This document shows, piece after piece, positions 38,158 through 50,480 of a DNA stretch of 64,000 bases. The stretch is from Haplodiscus bocki (Eukaryota), in NCBI GenBank assembly GCA_965655095.1, contig OZ296659.1, positions 61,318,001 to 61,382,000 on the forward strand, given 5' to 3'. Below the pieces are notes generated by a model. It was not told the origin of the DNA. It saw only the letters and a program-made list of their open reading frames with translations, and searched no databases. The stretch's first letter is position 1. The number at the start of each line of letters is the position of its first letter. Both the position numbers and the translations under genes were made by a program.

Positions 38158-40294
38158 AAATGAAGGCACGGAAGGCGACCCCACCAAAGTGAGCACCACC
38201 GAAGAAACCCCAGGCGAAGTAGAGTACGGAAAAAGCCCCTGGGGGAGAGCATTCGGAAAAAGCCCCTGCAAGGAAGTGAACGGAGAAACTCCCAATGAAA
38301 ATGCGCACGGAAAAACTTACTCTCAAAGACCACACGGCAGAAGCCCTGCGAGAGAGTGCACGGAAAAAAACCTTTGCGAGTTAGAAGATGGGACAAAACC
38401 TTGCAAAAGGGCAAACGGAAAAACCCCATGCGAAAGTAGTCACGGAAAAGCTTTGCGGAAGAGTGCACGGAGAACGGAGAAAGACCCTGTGAAAGTGGCC
38501 ACGAAGACTGATTTTCCGAGGGAGAGGGAGCGCGCACGGAAGAAGCCCTCGCGAGGGAGCGAACGGTAAAAACCCCGCATAAAGAATGCACGGAAAAAGA
38601 CCTCGCGAACGATAGCGCGGAAGGAGAACCCACGAAAGTGAGCAGCATGGAACCAGATGAAAGAGAGCACGGAGTAAAACCCATGTGATGGAGCGCACGC
38701 GAAAGCGCCTGCAAAAAAGCGAACGAAGAAAACCCCTGCGGAAGAACGGAGTGAACTGACCCCTTCATAACGGAGCACAGAAGATTCCTGTGCAAAAGTG
38801 ATCCAGCAAAGCACCCTGCCAAAGACCTCACAGAAAAAACCCTCACAGAGAGCGCACGGGAAAAACCGCTGCAAAAGAGCGCCAAGAAAAATCCCCTGCA
38901 AAAGAGCGCTTGGTAGAAGCCCCCGCGAACCAGCACATCGAAATTTCCTAAATGAGGGAGCGCAAGGAAGAAGCTCTGCGAAAGGGCGGATGAAAACTGC
39001 CGCGAAAAACAGCGCACTGGAAAAGCCCTTCACAGGAGCGTTTAGACAAAGCCTTTGCGAAAAAGCGCCAAACAAAGATCCCTCAAAAGGAGTGCATGGA
39101 AAAACTCCAGTGAATATCCTCACGGAAAAAACCCTGCGAAAGAACTCAGGGAAAAAACCCCCGTGGAAAAGCGAACTGAAAAAGACCCTGTGAAAGAGCG
39201 CACGAAGAAAGATTTACCGAAGGAGTGCACACGGAAGATCCCTCCGCGGAGGAGCGCTCGGTAAACCCCCTCCGGCAAACGGAGAAATCCCATGTGGAAA
39301 AACGCATGGAAAAAATTCCACGAAAGAGTGCCCAAAAAAAGATACAAGAAACAGCGCATAGAAAAAGCCTCCTCGAAAAATCGATTGGAAGAACTCCCTG
39401 TTAACGAACGCACGATGACAAATTTTCCAAAAGAGCGCTCACGGAAGAAGCCCTCGCGAGGGAGCGAACGGTAAAAGCCGCCGCAAAAAGAGTTAGCAGA
39501 AAAAGACTTCGCGAAGGAGAGCACGGAAGGAGAACCCGCGAACGTGAGCACTACGGGAAAAATACCAGACGGAAAAGAGCACGGAGAAAACCCATGTGAA
39601 GGATTGGATGGAAAACCCCCTGCAAAAACGCACGTACTAAACCTACGCGAAAGTGGTCACGGAAAAGCCCGCAGCGGAGGAAGTCACAGAAAAACCCCCA
39701 CAAACGGAGAATTTTCAAGTGAAAGAGCGCATGGGAAAAACTCCGCGAAAGAGCGCGTGGAAAAACCCCCCGCAAATTAGCGATTGAGAAAAGTCCCTGT
39801 TAAAGAACGCTTGGAAAACCCCACCGAAAAGATTGTGCACGGAAAAAGCCCGTGCCAAAGAGCGCACTATAAAATATTTTCCGAGGGAGCGCGCACGGAA
39901 GAAGCCCTCGCGAGGGAGCGAACGGGAAAAGCCGCTGCGGAAACGCGCTCAGAAAAATCCCCTACGAAAGAGCGCACGATGAAAAAAATCAGCGAAGAAG
40001 CGCGCACGGAAGATCTTTTGCGAAGGAGCGCTTGGTAAAGGCCCCTCGCGAACCAGCACACCAAAGTTTCTCAAGCGGAAAAGCGCAAGGAAGAAGCTTC
40101 GCGAGGGAGCGAGCGGTGAAAGCCCCCGCAAAAAGAGTGCACGGAAAGACACTTCGTGAAGCAGAGCTCGGAAGGAGAACCTGCGAAAATGAGCACCACT
40201 GAAAAAACACCAGACGAAAACGAGCACGGCGAAAACCGATGCGAAGGACGGCACGGAAAAAGCCCCTGCGGAACAAGGAACAAGCGCTTGGTAA

Positions 40295-40310
40295 CCCCCC
40301 CCCCCCCCCC
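40295..40310. repeat. C16 homopolymer
   Basis: Read directly: GCGCTTGGTAA(C)16GCGAACCAGC. Confidence 0.9.
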
Positions 40311-40919
40311 GCGAACCAGCACACCAAGATTTCCCCGCTGAAAGAGCGCAAGGGAAAAGCTCCGCGAAAGAGCGCACGCAAAAACTCTCCTGCAAAACAG
40401 CGCTCGGAACAACTTCTGCAAGATAGCGCACGGAAAAAGCCACTGCGAAAAAGCGCGGAAAAAAGCAATTGGGAAAAGAACGCAAGGAAAGCCCCTCGCC
40501 AAAAGAATGCACGGAGAAAGGTCTTGCAAATGAAAGCACGGAAGGAGAGCCCGCGACAGTGAGCACGAAGAAAAAAACCCCAGGTGAAACAGAGTACCGA
40601 AAAAAACCCCTGAGACGAGCACTCAAAAAACCCCCTGCAACAAAGGGAACAAAAAAATTCTAGCGAAAGAGCGCACGGAGGAAGCCGGTGCAAAAGTGCG
40701 CTCGGAAAAAGCCCGTGCAAAGGAGCGCACGGAAAAACCCCATGCGAAACTGGTCACGGAAAAACCCGCTGCGGTAGAGCTCACGGAAAAACCCCCACAA
40801 GAGAGTGTACGGGAAAAAGCCACGCGGAAGAGTGCACGGGCAGAGACCCTGCGGAAGATCGCACGAAGAAAGTTTTTCCGAAGGCGTGCAGAAGCCTCCG
40901 CTGAGGAGCGCACAGTAAA

Positions 40920-43560
40920 AACTCTCGCAAACGGAGAAAGCTCAAGTAGAAGCGCGCACGGGAAAAACTCCGCCAAAGAGTGCACGGAAAAAGATGTCAG
41001 AAACAGCGCATGGAGAAAGCCTCTGCGAAAGAGGGCGAGGAAAAGCACCCGGGAAAAGGAAAAAAACGCGTGGAAAAAGGTCTCGTGAAGTACAGCACGG
41101 AAGGAGACCCTGCGAAAACGAGCACCACGGAAAAAACATCAGACGAAAGAGAGCTCGGAGAAAACCCATATGAGGGATCATATGGAAAAACCCCTGCAAA
41201 AATCGAACGGAAAAAGTTTCCGCGGAGGAGTGCATTGAACAAACTCCTGCGAAAGTGGTTAGGGAAAAAACCCTGCGGTAGGGCGCACGGAAAAAGCCAC
41301 TGCGATAGAACACACAGAAAAATCCCCTCTGAAGGAGCGCACGACAAAAGATTCATCGAAGGAGCGTGTACAGAAGATCCCATCCAAAGGGGCGCTTGTT
41401 AAAAAATCCCGCGAACCAGCACATCAAAAAATCCCAATTGAGAGAGCGCAAGAGAAAAGCTCCACGAAAAAGCGTACGAAAACAACCTCGAAAAAAGGAC
41501 AATAAATTAGCCCCTGCGAGAAAAGCTCACGCAAGAGCACCCCGCTGAGGAGCACACGGGAAAAAATCTGCGAAATAGCTCACGGAAAAAGCCCATGCGA
41601 AAAAGCGTTCGTAAAAAATCTTCCCGAAGAGCGATTAAAAAGAGCATTTGTTACAGAAAAGGGAATGCTTGGAAAAAACCCTCGTGAAAAAAAATGCACG
41701 GAGGAAGATCTCGCGGAAGTGAGCACAACGAAAAAAGCCCCTGCAAAAAAGTGAACGGAGAAATTCCCAGCGAAAAAATGCGCGGAAAAACTCACAACGA
41801 GAGAGCGTACGAAAGAAGCCACAGCGAAAGAGCGCACAGAAAATTTCATTGCGAAAGACCGCACGAAAAAACCTTCATTCAAGGAGCGCGCACGGAAAAA
41901 GCCCCCACGGAAAGAGTGCACGGAAAAAGGCCTCGCGAAGGAGAGCACGGAAAAAAACAGGCGAAATAAAGCACGGAGAAAACCCATGTGAGGGATCGCA
42001 CGGAAGCGCCCCTGCGAAAAGGCGCACTGAGAAAGCATTGTCATGGACCTCACGCAAAAAACTCCATTTGAACACCGCACAGAAAAGTTGCCGGCGAAAG
42101 AGCGCACGGGACAAAACCACTGCCAAAAGGCGTTGCAAGTAAGCAAACGGGAAAAATCTCTGGGAAAGATTGCACAGGAAAAGCCCCGCGAACGAGCACA
42201 TGAGAAAAGGCCCGCCAAGGAACCCAGTGAAAAAACCCCAGGCTTTAAGCGCACGGAAAAGCTCCGCGAAAAAGCGTACGAAAAAAGCCTTGACAAAAAG
42301 CTCACGGTAAAGGACCCTGCGAAAGAGCACGCCGAAAAAACTCCGGCGAAAAAGCGCACAAAGAATGTTTTTTTCTGAAGTGGCGCGCATGGAAGAAGCC
42401 CTCGCGAAGGAGTTCACTGTAAAAGCCCCGGCAAACGAACATACGGAAAAACTGCAAGTGGAACAGCGGATGGGAAAAACTCTGCAAAAACGAACAAAAA
42501 CCCCCCACTTCATAGTGCTAGGAAAAAGCCCCAGTGAGTGACCGCACGTGAAAAACCTCTGCAAGAAATTGCACGCAAAAAGCCCCTGTGAAAAAGAGCA
42601 AAGAAAAAACCTCTCAAAGGAGAACACGGAAGAAGACGCGACGAAAATATGCACAATCAAAAAATCCCCGCGAAGGAGCGCACAGAAAAAACGCAGCGAA
42701 AGATCGCACAGAAAAACCGCCTGGGAGAAATCGACCGCAGAAATCCTATGTGTGGGAGTGCACAGGAAAAACTTGTGCGAAACAGCGCAAAAAGCCCCTG
42801 CGGAAAAGCGCACGGAAAAACTGCAGCGAAAAATTGCCGGGAAAATGTGCCAGCGGGAAGTTGCACGAAGAAAGTAACTGTGAAAAAGCGATCGTATAAA
42901 AACACCGTGAAAAAGCAAATGGTAGAAGACCTTGTCAGAGAACGGTTTGAAAAAGCCATCTCAAGACCCCGTGAAAGAGCGCACGAAGAAAGTTTTTCCG
43001 AAGGAGTGCACAAGGAACAAGCGCCCTCGGAGAGGCGCACGGTAAAAAACCCCGCAAACGGAGAAATCTCAAGTAGAAGAACGCATGAGAAAAGCTCCGC
43101 CGAAGAGCGCACGAAAACAGATATTAGAAACAGCGCATGGAAAAAGCCTCTGCGAAAGGGCGAGGAAAAAGCAAGCGGGAAAAGAAAGAAACGCGAGGAA
43201 AAAGACCTCGCGAAGTAGAGCACGGAAGGAGACCCTGCGAAAACGAGCACCACGGAAAAAACAACAGACGAAAGAGAGCACGGAGAAAACCCATCTGAGG
43301 GACCGCATGGGAAAACCCCTGCAAAAAGGAGAACGGAAGAGATCCCTGGGGAGGAATGCAATGAAAAATCTCCTGCGAAAGTGGTCAGGGAAAAATTCCT
43401 GCGGTAGAGCGCACTGAAAAAGCCAATGCGAGAGAGCGCACAGAAAAATCCTGTGCGAAAGAGCGCACGACAAAAGATTCATCGAAGGAGCGTGCACTGA
43501 AGATCCCCTGCAAAGGAGCGCTCGGTGAAAGCTCCCGCGAACCAGCACAACAAAAATTCC
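40920..43560 (+). repeat. Dispersed duplication, ~40920-41460 vs ~43040-43560 (offset ~2.1 kb)
   Basis: ORF 40696 has ANGESSSRSAHGKNSAKE..KDVRNSAWRKPLRK and ORF 42649 has ANGEISSRRTHEKSSAEE..TDIRNSAWKKPLRK. Both regions contain CGACAAAAGATTCATCGAAGGAGCGTG. Confidence 0.8.
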
Positions 43561-46523
43561 GAGTTGAGAAAGGGCACAGATGAAGACCCGGCCAAGGAGC
43601 GCTTGGAGAAAACATGTGCAAAAAAGCGCGCAGGAAAAGCCTTTGCGAGAGAGCGCACGAAAGAAGCTTTTGCGACATACCGCAAGAAAAATGTCCTTCT
43701 GAAAGAGCGGACGGAAGAAGCCCATGCAAAAACGCCCGCAGAAAAGCCTCCTGCGGAAGTGCTCATGGAAAAAACCCAGCGGTAAAGGGCCGGAAATGGT
43801 GTTGCGAAAGAGCTCACGCAAAAAACCGCAGAAAAAAAACGCACAGGAAAGTTCCCAGCGGAGGAGTGCACAGCAGAAACCCCGGCGAAAGACCTCATGG
43901 AAAAGGCCCGCGCGGAAAAGAGCACGGAAAATGTTCTAGCGAGAAAGTGAACAGGAAAAGCCTTTGCGAAAGAAATTACAGAAAAAAACCTTTTGCACAG
44001 AGTGCAAGGAAACAGCCACTCCGAAACATCGCATGGCAAAAACTGCTGCCAAAGAACGCACAAATAGCGCCTCTATGAATCAGCGGACGTAAAGTTCCTG
44101 GCAGAGGGGCGCACAGAAAAAACCACTAGAAAGGAACGCACGGGAAAACCCCCACGTAGGAGCGTCCCAAAAAAATCTTGCAAACGGTCACATGGAAGGA
44201 GCCCCGCCAGATAGACCGCGGAAAAAGCCCAAGCAAAAAGGCGCACGGGATAGGCTTCCCGATACAGCGCACGGAAAAAACCCCGAGAATTAGCTCACAG
44301 AAAATGCCACTGCAAAATAGCACACGGAAAAAGCCCTTGTGAATAGAACAAGGAAAAACTCGCACGAGAGAGTGCACAGAAAGAACGCCAGCGAAAAATT
44401 GCACGGGAAAAGCCCCTGTGTAGGAGCGCACGGAAGAAGTCCTTGCGATGAAGCGCACTGAAAAAGCCTCTGCAAAGGAGCGCACGGAGAAAGCGCCTGT
44501 GAAGGAGGGCATGGAAAAAGCCCTTGGGGAGGAGAGCACGGAAAAGGACCTCGCCAAGCAGAACGCGGGAGGAGAGCCCGCAGAAAAAGGACAGCACCAC
44601 ATAGAAAAATCAGACGAAAAAGAAAAAGAGCATGGAAAGAGCCCTGCCGAAGAGCGCGCTGAAGGAGACCCTGCCAAAGAGCTCACAAAAAAGCCCCTTG
44701 CAGATGAGTGCACGGAAGTTTTTCTGAGAAATAGCGCGCTGAAAAAGCCCCTGCGAAATAGCGCTGGTATAGAAACCCCGCCAAAAGGCAGTTGGGGACA
44801 GCGTGTGTTGAAGAACGCTTGGAAAAAGCCGTCTCTAGAAGTGTGCACTGGAAATGATCTCCCAAAAGAAAGCAGGAAAGACGTCTCTGCGAAAGAGCAG
44901 ACGGAAACAGCCCTTGCGAGGGATCGCACCAAAGTAGCTCTTGCGACATAGCGCAGGAAAAAAGTACCTGCGAGAGAGCGCACAGAGAAAGAGTTTCCGA
45001 GGAAGCGCGCAGAGGAGAAGCCCCGGTAAAACAGCGCACGGAAAAAGCGCCTGGGGAAGAGCGCTCAGAAAAAGCCCCCGCGGTAAGAGTTCACGGAAAA
45101 AGGCCTCGCGTAGGAAAGCACGGAAAAATCACCAAGCGAAAGAGAACACGGAGATAACCCATTTGAAGGACCGCATCGAAAGGCCCCTGCAAGAAAACGC
45201 AGTGAACAAAAGCCTGCACAAAAAAGCCAACGGCGAAAGCCCTGCCAAAAAGCTTACGCAAAACGTTCCAATGAAACACCGCACAAAAAAGTTGACAGCG
45301 AAGGAGCACACGGGACAAATTCTTTGCCAAAATGCCCATGGAAGAAGGCCTTGCCAAAAGGCGTGCGGATAAAGCTTCTGCGAAAGATTGCACAGGAAAC
45401 GCCTCCGCGTACGAGATCCCCAAGAAAGCCCCGCGAACGAGCACATGGGAAAAGCCCCGCCAGAGAGCCCCGCCAAAAGAAGAATGCACGGAGAATGATC
45501 TTGGAAAAAAAGGAAAGCAGGGAAGACGTCTCTGCAAAATAGCAGACGGACAAAACCCTTGCGAGGGAGTGCACCAAAGTAGCTCTTGCGACATAGAGCA
45601 GGAAAAACGTACCTGCGAAAGAGCGGACGGAAAAAGCCCTGGCGATAATGCTCACGGAAAAATCCCGGCGGTAGAGTGCCGTAAATGGCCCTGCGAAAGA
45701 GCTGACGCATAAGCTTCAGAAAAATAGCGCACAGGAAAGTTCCCAGCGATAGAGCGCAGGGGAGAAAGTCCTGCCGAAGGAGCTTATCGAAAAAGCCCCT
45801 TTCGAAAAAAAGCAAGGGGAATATTCTGGCAAAGGAGTGCACAGAAAAAAGAAAAAGCCTTTGCGCAGATGATCACAGAAAACAACCTGCGGTAAAGCTC
45901 ACGGAAAAACCCCTGAGTCAGAGGGAACGGAAAAAGCCACAGCGAAAAATTGCACAGAAAATTTCACTGCAAAGGAGTGCACGGAAGAAAAATCATCGAA
46001 GGAGCGCGCACGGAAGATCCCCTGTGAAAGAGCACTCGGTGAGAACCCCGCAAACCAGCACGCCAAAAAGTCCCAGGTGAAAGAACGCAAAAGAAAAGCT
46101 CCGCAACTGAGCCCACGAAAACAGCCCCGAGAAACAGCACACTGAAAGAGCCACCGCGAAAGAACTCATACAAAACCCCCCTGCGGACGGAATACTTCCT
46201 GAGAAATAGCGGGCGGAAAAAACCACTTCGAAGCAGCAATTGTATAAAACCCCGCGAAAAAGCAAATGGGAAAAGCTCCTGTTAGAGAACGCTTGGAAAA
46301 AGCCATCGCCAGAAGAAGGCACGGACATATATCTCGCAAAGAAATGCAGGGAAGACGTCCCAGCGAAAGTGCTCACGGAAAGACCCCCTGCGAAAGGGTT
46401 CACGAAAAAACGTGAGCGATAGTTCGCAAGATAAAACCCATGCAAAGGAGCGCACGGCAAAAGCCCCGGCAAACTAGCTTTTGGAAAAATCGCAAAGGGA
46501 ACGGCGCTTGAGAAAAACTCAGC

Positions 46524-46570
46524 GAGAGAGAAAGAGAGAGAGAGAGAGAGACAGAGAGAGAGAGAGGGAG
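46524..46570. repeat. Interrupted (GA)n microsatellite, ~47 bp
   Basis: GAGAGAGAAAGAGAGAGAGAGAGAGAGACAGAGAGAGAGAGAGGGAG. Confidence 0.92.
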
Positions 46571-48049
46571 CAGGAAAATAGCTCCGAGAAAACGTGCACG
46601 GAAAAACCCCCTGCGGAGGAGCGAACGGAAAACCTTTTGCAAAGGAGCGCATCCAAAAACCCGCGCGAGAGAGTGCACGAAAAAATTAGCAGCGAGTGAC
46701 CGCACGCGGAAAGCCCCTGGGAGAGAGAGTACGGAAAAAAACCTCCCGAACAAGGAAACGGAAGAAGAACCAACGAAAAAGGCACCAAAAAAACTCCACT
46801 CGATGGAGCGCACGGAAAAAAACGCAGCGAAACTTGGGTGGAAAAAACCGCGAGCGAGAAATTGCACGGAGAAAGCGCTTGTGTAGGACATCACAGATGA
46901 AGCTCGTGCAAAACAGCGCAAAAAAAGCCACTGCAGAAGAGCGCACGATAAAACTGCAGCGGAAGATCGTAGCGAAGAAATGCCAAGGAGAATTCGCACG
47001 AAGAAAGCACTTGTGAAAGAAAGAACGGGAAAAATTTTTTGGGAAAGACCGCACGGGAACAGTTCCTGCGAAAGAACGCATGAAGAAAATCGTTGCGGGT
47101 GCGCCCACAGAAAAGTCCCCGCAAGAACGCCCACGGAAAAACGCAGCGAAAGGTATCACGGAAAAAACGCCAACGAGAAGTCGCAGGGAGTAAGCCCCTG
47201 TGCAGAAAAGTGCAAAAATAGCCAACGGGAAAGGGATCACTGAAGAAACCCCTGCGAAAGAGCGCACGGAAAAACTCGTTGCAAAAAAGCAGAAGGAAAA
47301 GTCCCAAGGAGAGGGCAAAATAAAGAAGCCCTTGCAAAAGAGCGCATGAAGAACCCCCGCGTGAGACTGCACGGAAAAAACCCGGTGAATGTTTGTACGT
47401 GAAAAACCTCAGCAAGAAGATGCACGAAAAAGGCCCCTGTGGAAAAGAACACGGAAAGAGATCTCGCCAAGGACAGTGAACACCACAGAAAAAACTCCCC
47501 CAAAGGAGGGCATCGAAAAAACGCAGCCAAAGTTCGCTGGGAAAAAATGCGCGGGACAAATCACAAGGAGACAACACCTCTGTTAGGAGCGCACAGCAAA
47601 AGCTGTCGTGAAAGAGCGCACCGAAAAATCCTCTGCGAAAGAGCGCACGGATTAAACCTTTGCGGAATAGAGAACGGAAAAAACTCAACGAAGGATCGGA
47701 CCGAAAAAATCGACAGCGAGAAGTCCCACGGAGTAAGTTCGTGTGAAGGAAAGCACAAGAAAAACCTTGCCAATGAGTGCACTGAAAAAGCCACTGCAAG
47801 AAAAAGAACTGAAAAAAAGCCGCAAGAGATCGCAGGGAAAAGATGCCAGCGAGAAGTCGCGCGAAGCAAGCTTTTGTGGAGGAGCGCACAAAAATAACCC
47901 GTGCAAAGAGGGCAGGCAAAAAAACCCTCAAAACAGCGCACGCAAAACCCCTTGCGAGACAGAAAAAGCCACAGCGAATGAGAACATGGGATAAACCCCA
48001 TAAGGAAATCGAAGGGTAAAGTCCCCGGTGAAGGAGCGCAGAGAAAAAC

Positions 48050-50480
48050 TCCTGCGGAAGAGAGCGCATAAAGTTTCGTTTGAAGGAGCGCACGGAAAAA
48101 GCCCCTCTGTAGGAGTGCCACAAAACAACTCCCACGAGAGAGTGAACAACAGAAACACCAGCGGCAAATCGCACGGAAAAATCCACTGTATAGGAAAACG
48201 CAGAGAGAAGCCACTGCGAAAGAGCGCATCGAAAGAACACGCGTTAAAAGAGTGCACAAAAAAGACCTAGTGAAGATAGGATGGAAGGAGACCCTGCGGA
48301 AATGGGCACCACGGAAAATGCTCCAGGCGAAAGAAGGTACAGAAAAGCCCATGTGAAGGGCGCAATGGAAAACCTCTGCAAAACAGCGAACGGAAAAGAC
48401 CTTGCGAAAGGACGGAGTGAAAAACCTCTGCTTGAAAGCTCACGCAAAAAGCTCTCGAGGAATAGCGCAAAGAAAGCTTCTCAGCGAAACAGCGCACTAT
48501 AAAAATCTTTGCGAAACACCTCATGCAAAAAGCCCGCCCGGATAAGCGCACGGAAGAAGTTCCAACGAAAAGGTGAACAAGAAAAACTTTTGCGAAAAAA
48601 GATCACAGAAAAAGCCGCTTGCAAAAAAGTGCAAAAAACAGCTTCGGGGAAACAGCGCATGGCAAAAGGCGCTGTCAAAGAAAGCAGAGATAACGCCTTT
48701 ACGAATCAGTGGACGCAAAATTCCCTGCACAAGTGTGCGCCGAAAAAACCACTGGGAAAGAAGGCACGGGAAGGCCCCAGATAAGAGCGCCCCGGAAAAG
48801 CCTCGCAAACAGGCACCTGGAAAAAGCCCCGCCAGAGAGACCACGGAACATTACCGAACAAAGGAACGCACGTGAAAGGCTCCGCGATACAGCTCACGGA
48901 AAAAGCCCCGAGACTTAGTTCACAGAAAAAGCCACTGCAAAGGAGCGCACGGAAAAATCTCCTGTGTACGAGACCACTAATAAAAACCACTGCGAAAGGG
49001 CGCAACGAAAATTCCCGAGATATAGCTCACAGAAAAGACCCTAGCCAATGAGAGCGCGGAAGGAGAGCCCGCAAAAGAAGCACCGAAAACGATACCGCGT
49101 AAGTGGGCATCACATAGAACAACTCAGATGGAAGAGAGCATGGAAAAAACCCCTGTGGGATAGCGCAGTGAAAGAAAAGAGAACCCGTCAAAAAGCAAAA
49201 TTCTCTGCAGAAGGGAGAACGGAGAAAGGCCCCCGCAAAAGATGCAGAAAAACGCCAGTGAGAAGTCGCACGAAGAAAGCCTCTGTGAAGGAGCGCACGG
49301 AAAACCCCGCTGTGAAAGAGCGCACTGGGAAAGCCCTTTCAAAAGAGCACACAGAAACAGTTCTTGCGAAAGAGCGCACGGAAACATTCGTTGCAAGAAA
49401 GCACGCGGAAAAAATCCCTACGAAAGGGCGCAGTGAATAAGCCCCTGCAAAAAAATGCTTGAAAAATCTCCGCGAGTGAGCCCATTAAATGACTGCACGT
49501 GAACTACCTCAGCGAGAAATCGCACGGAAAAAGCCCCTGTGCAAGAGAACACGGAAAAAGATTTAGCGAAGGCAAGCATGGAAGAAGACCCCGCGACAGT
49601 GAGAAGCACACAAAAACCCCCCGCGAAGGAGCTCATCGAAAAAACGCAGCAAAAGATCGGTAGGAATATTTACCAGAGACAATTTGCAAACAGAAAGCAC
49701 CTCTGTAGGATTGCACAGAAAAAGCTGTGGTGAAAGAGTGCACGGAAAAAACTTCTGCGAAGTAGGGAACGGTAAACTCAGCGATAGATCGGACCGAAAA
49801 GAAACGACAGCGGGGAGTCCCACGAAGTAAGCTGGTGTTAACGAGAGCACAAAAAAACCCCTGCGAAAGAGCGCACTGAAAAAGCTCATGGAAAAGAGAA
49901 CACAGAAACGGCCCTCGGAAAAGAACGCACGAAAAGAGTCCTTGCGAGGGAGCGCACTGAAGAAGTTCCTGTACGAAAAGTGCACGTGAATACCCGGGCA
50001 ACAGAGCGCACGGAGAAAGCCCCTGTGAAGGAGGGCCTGGAAAAAAGCCCTGCGGAAGAGAGCACGGAGAAGGGCCCTCCAAAAATATCGCACGGAAAAA
50101 ACGCCAGCGAGAAGTCACACGAAGGAAACTCCTCTGAAGGAGCGGACGGGAAAAACCCCTGTGAAAGAGCACACTAAGAAATTCCCTGCTAAGGCGCGCA
50201 CCGAAAAATTCCATGTCGAAAAACTCCTGCGGAATGGAGCGCATAAAGTTTCGTTTGAAGGAGCGCACGTAAAAAGCCCCTCTGTAGGAGTGCCACAAAA
50301 CAACTCCCACGAGAGAGTGAACAAAAGAAACACCGGCGTCAAATCGCACGAAAAATTCCACTGTATAGGAGAACGCAGAAAAAAGCCACTACGAAAGAGC
50401 GCACCGAAAAAACCCGCCTGGACGGAAGGAGACACCGCGAAAATTGGCTTCACGAAAAATTCTCCTGGCGAAAGAAGGCA
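48050..50480 (+). repeat. Dispersed duplication, ~48050-48350 vs ~50225-50480 (offset ~2175)
   Basis: ORFs 48028 and 50161 share AHKVSFEGAH(G/V)KSPSVGVPQNNSHERVN. Confidence 0.85.

Noticed and set aside
21365-48240. Phe/Leu-rich minus-strand ORFs that look like membrane proteins
   Set aside because: Their hydrophobicity simply reflects the T-tracts complementary to the A-tracts.
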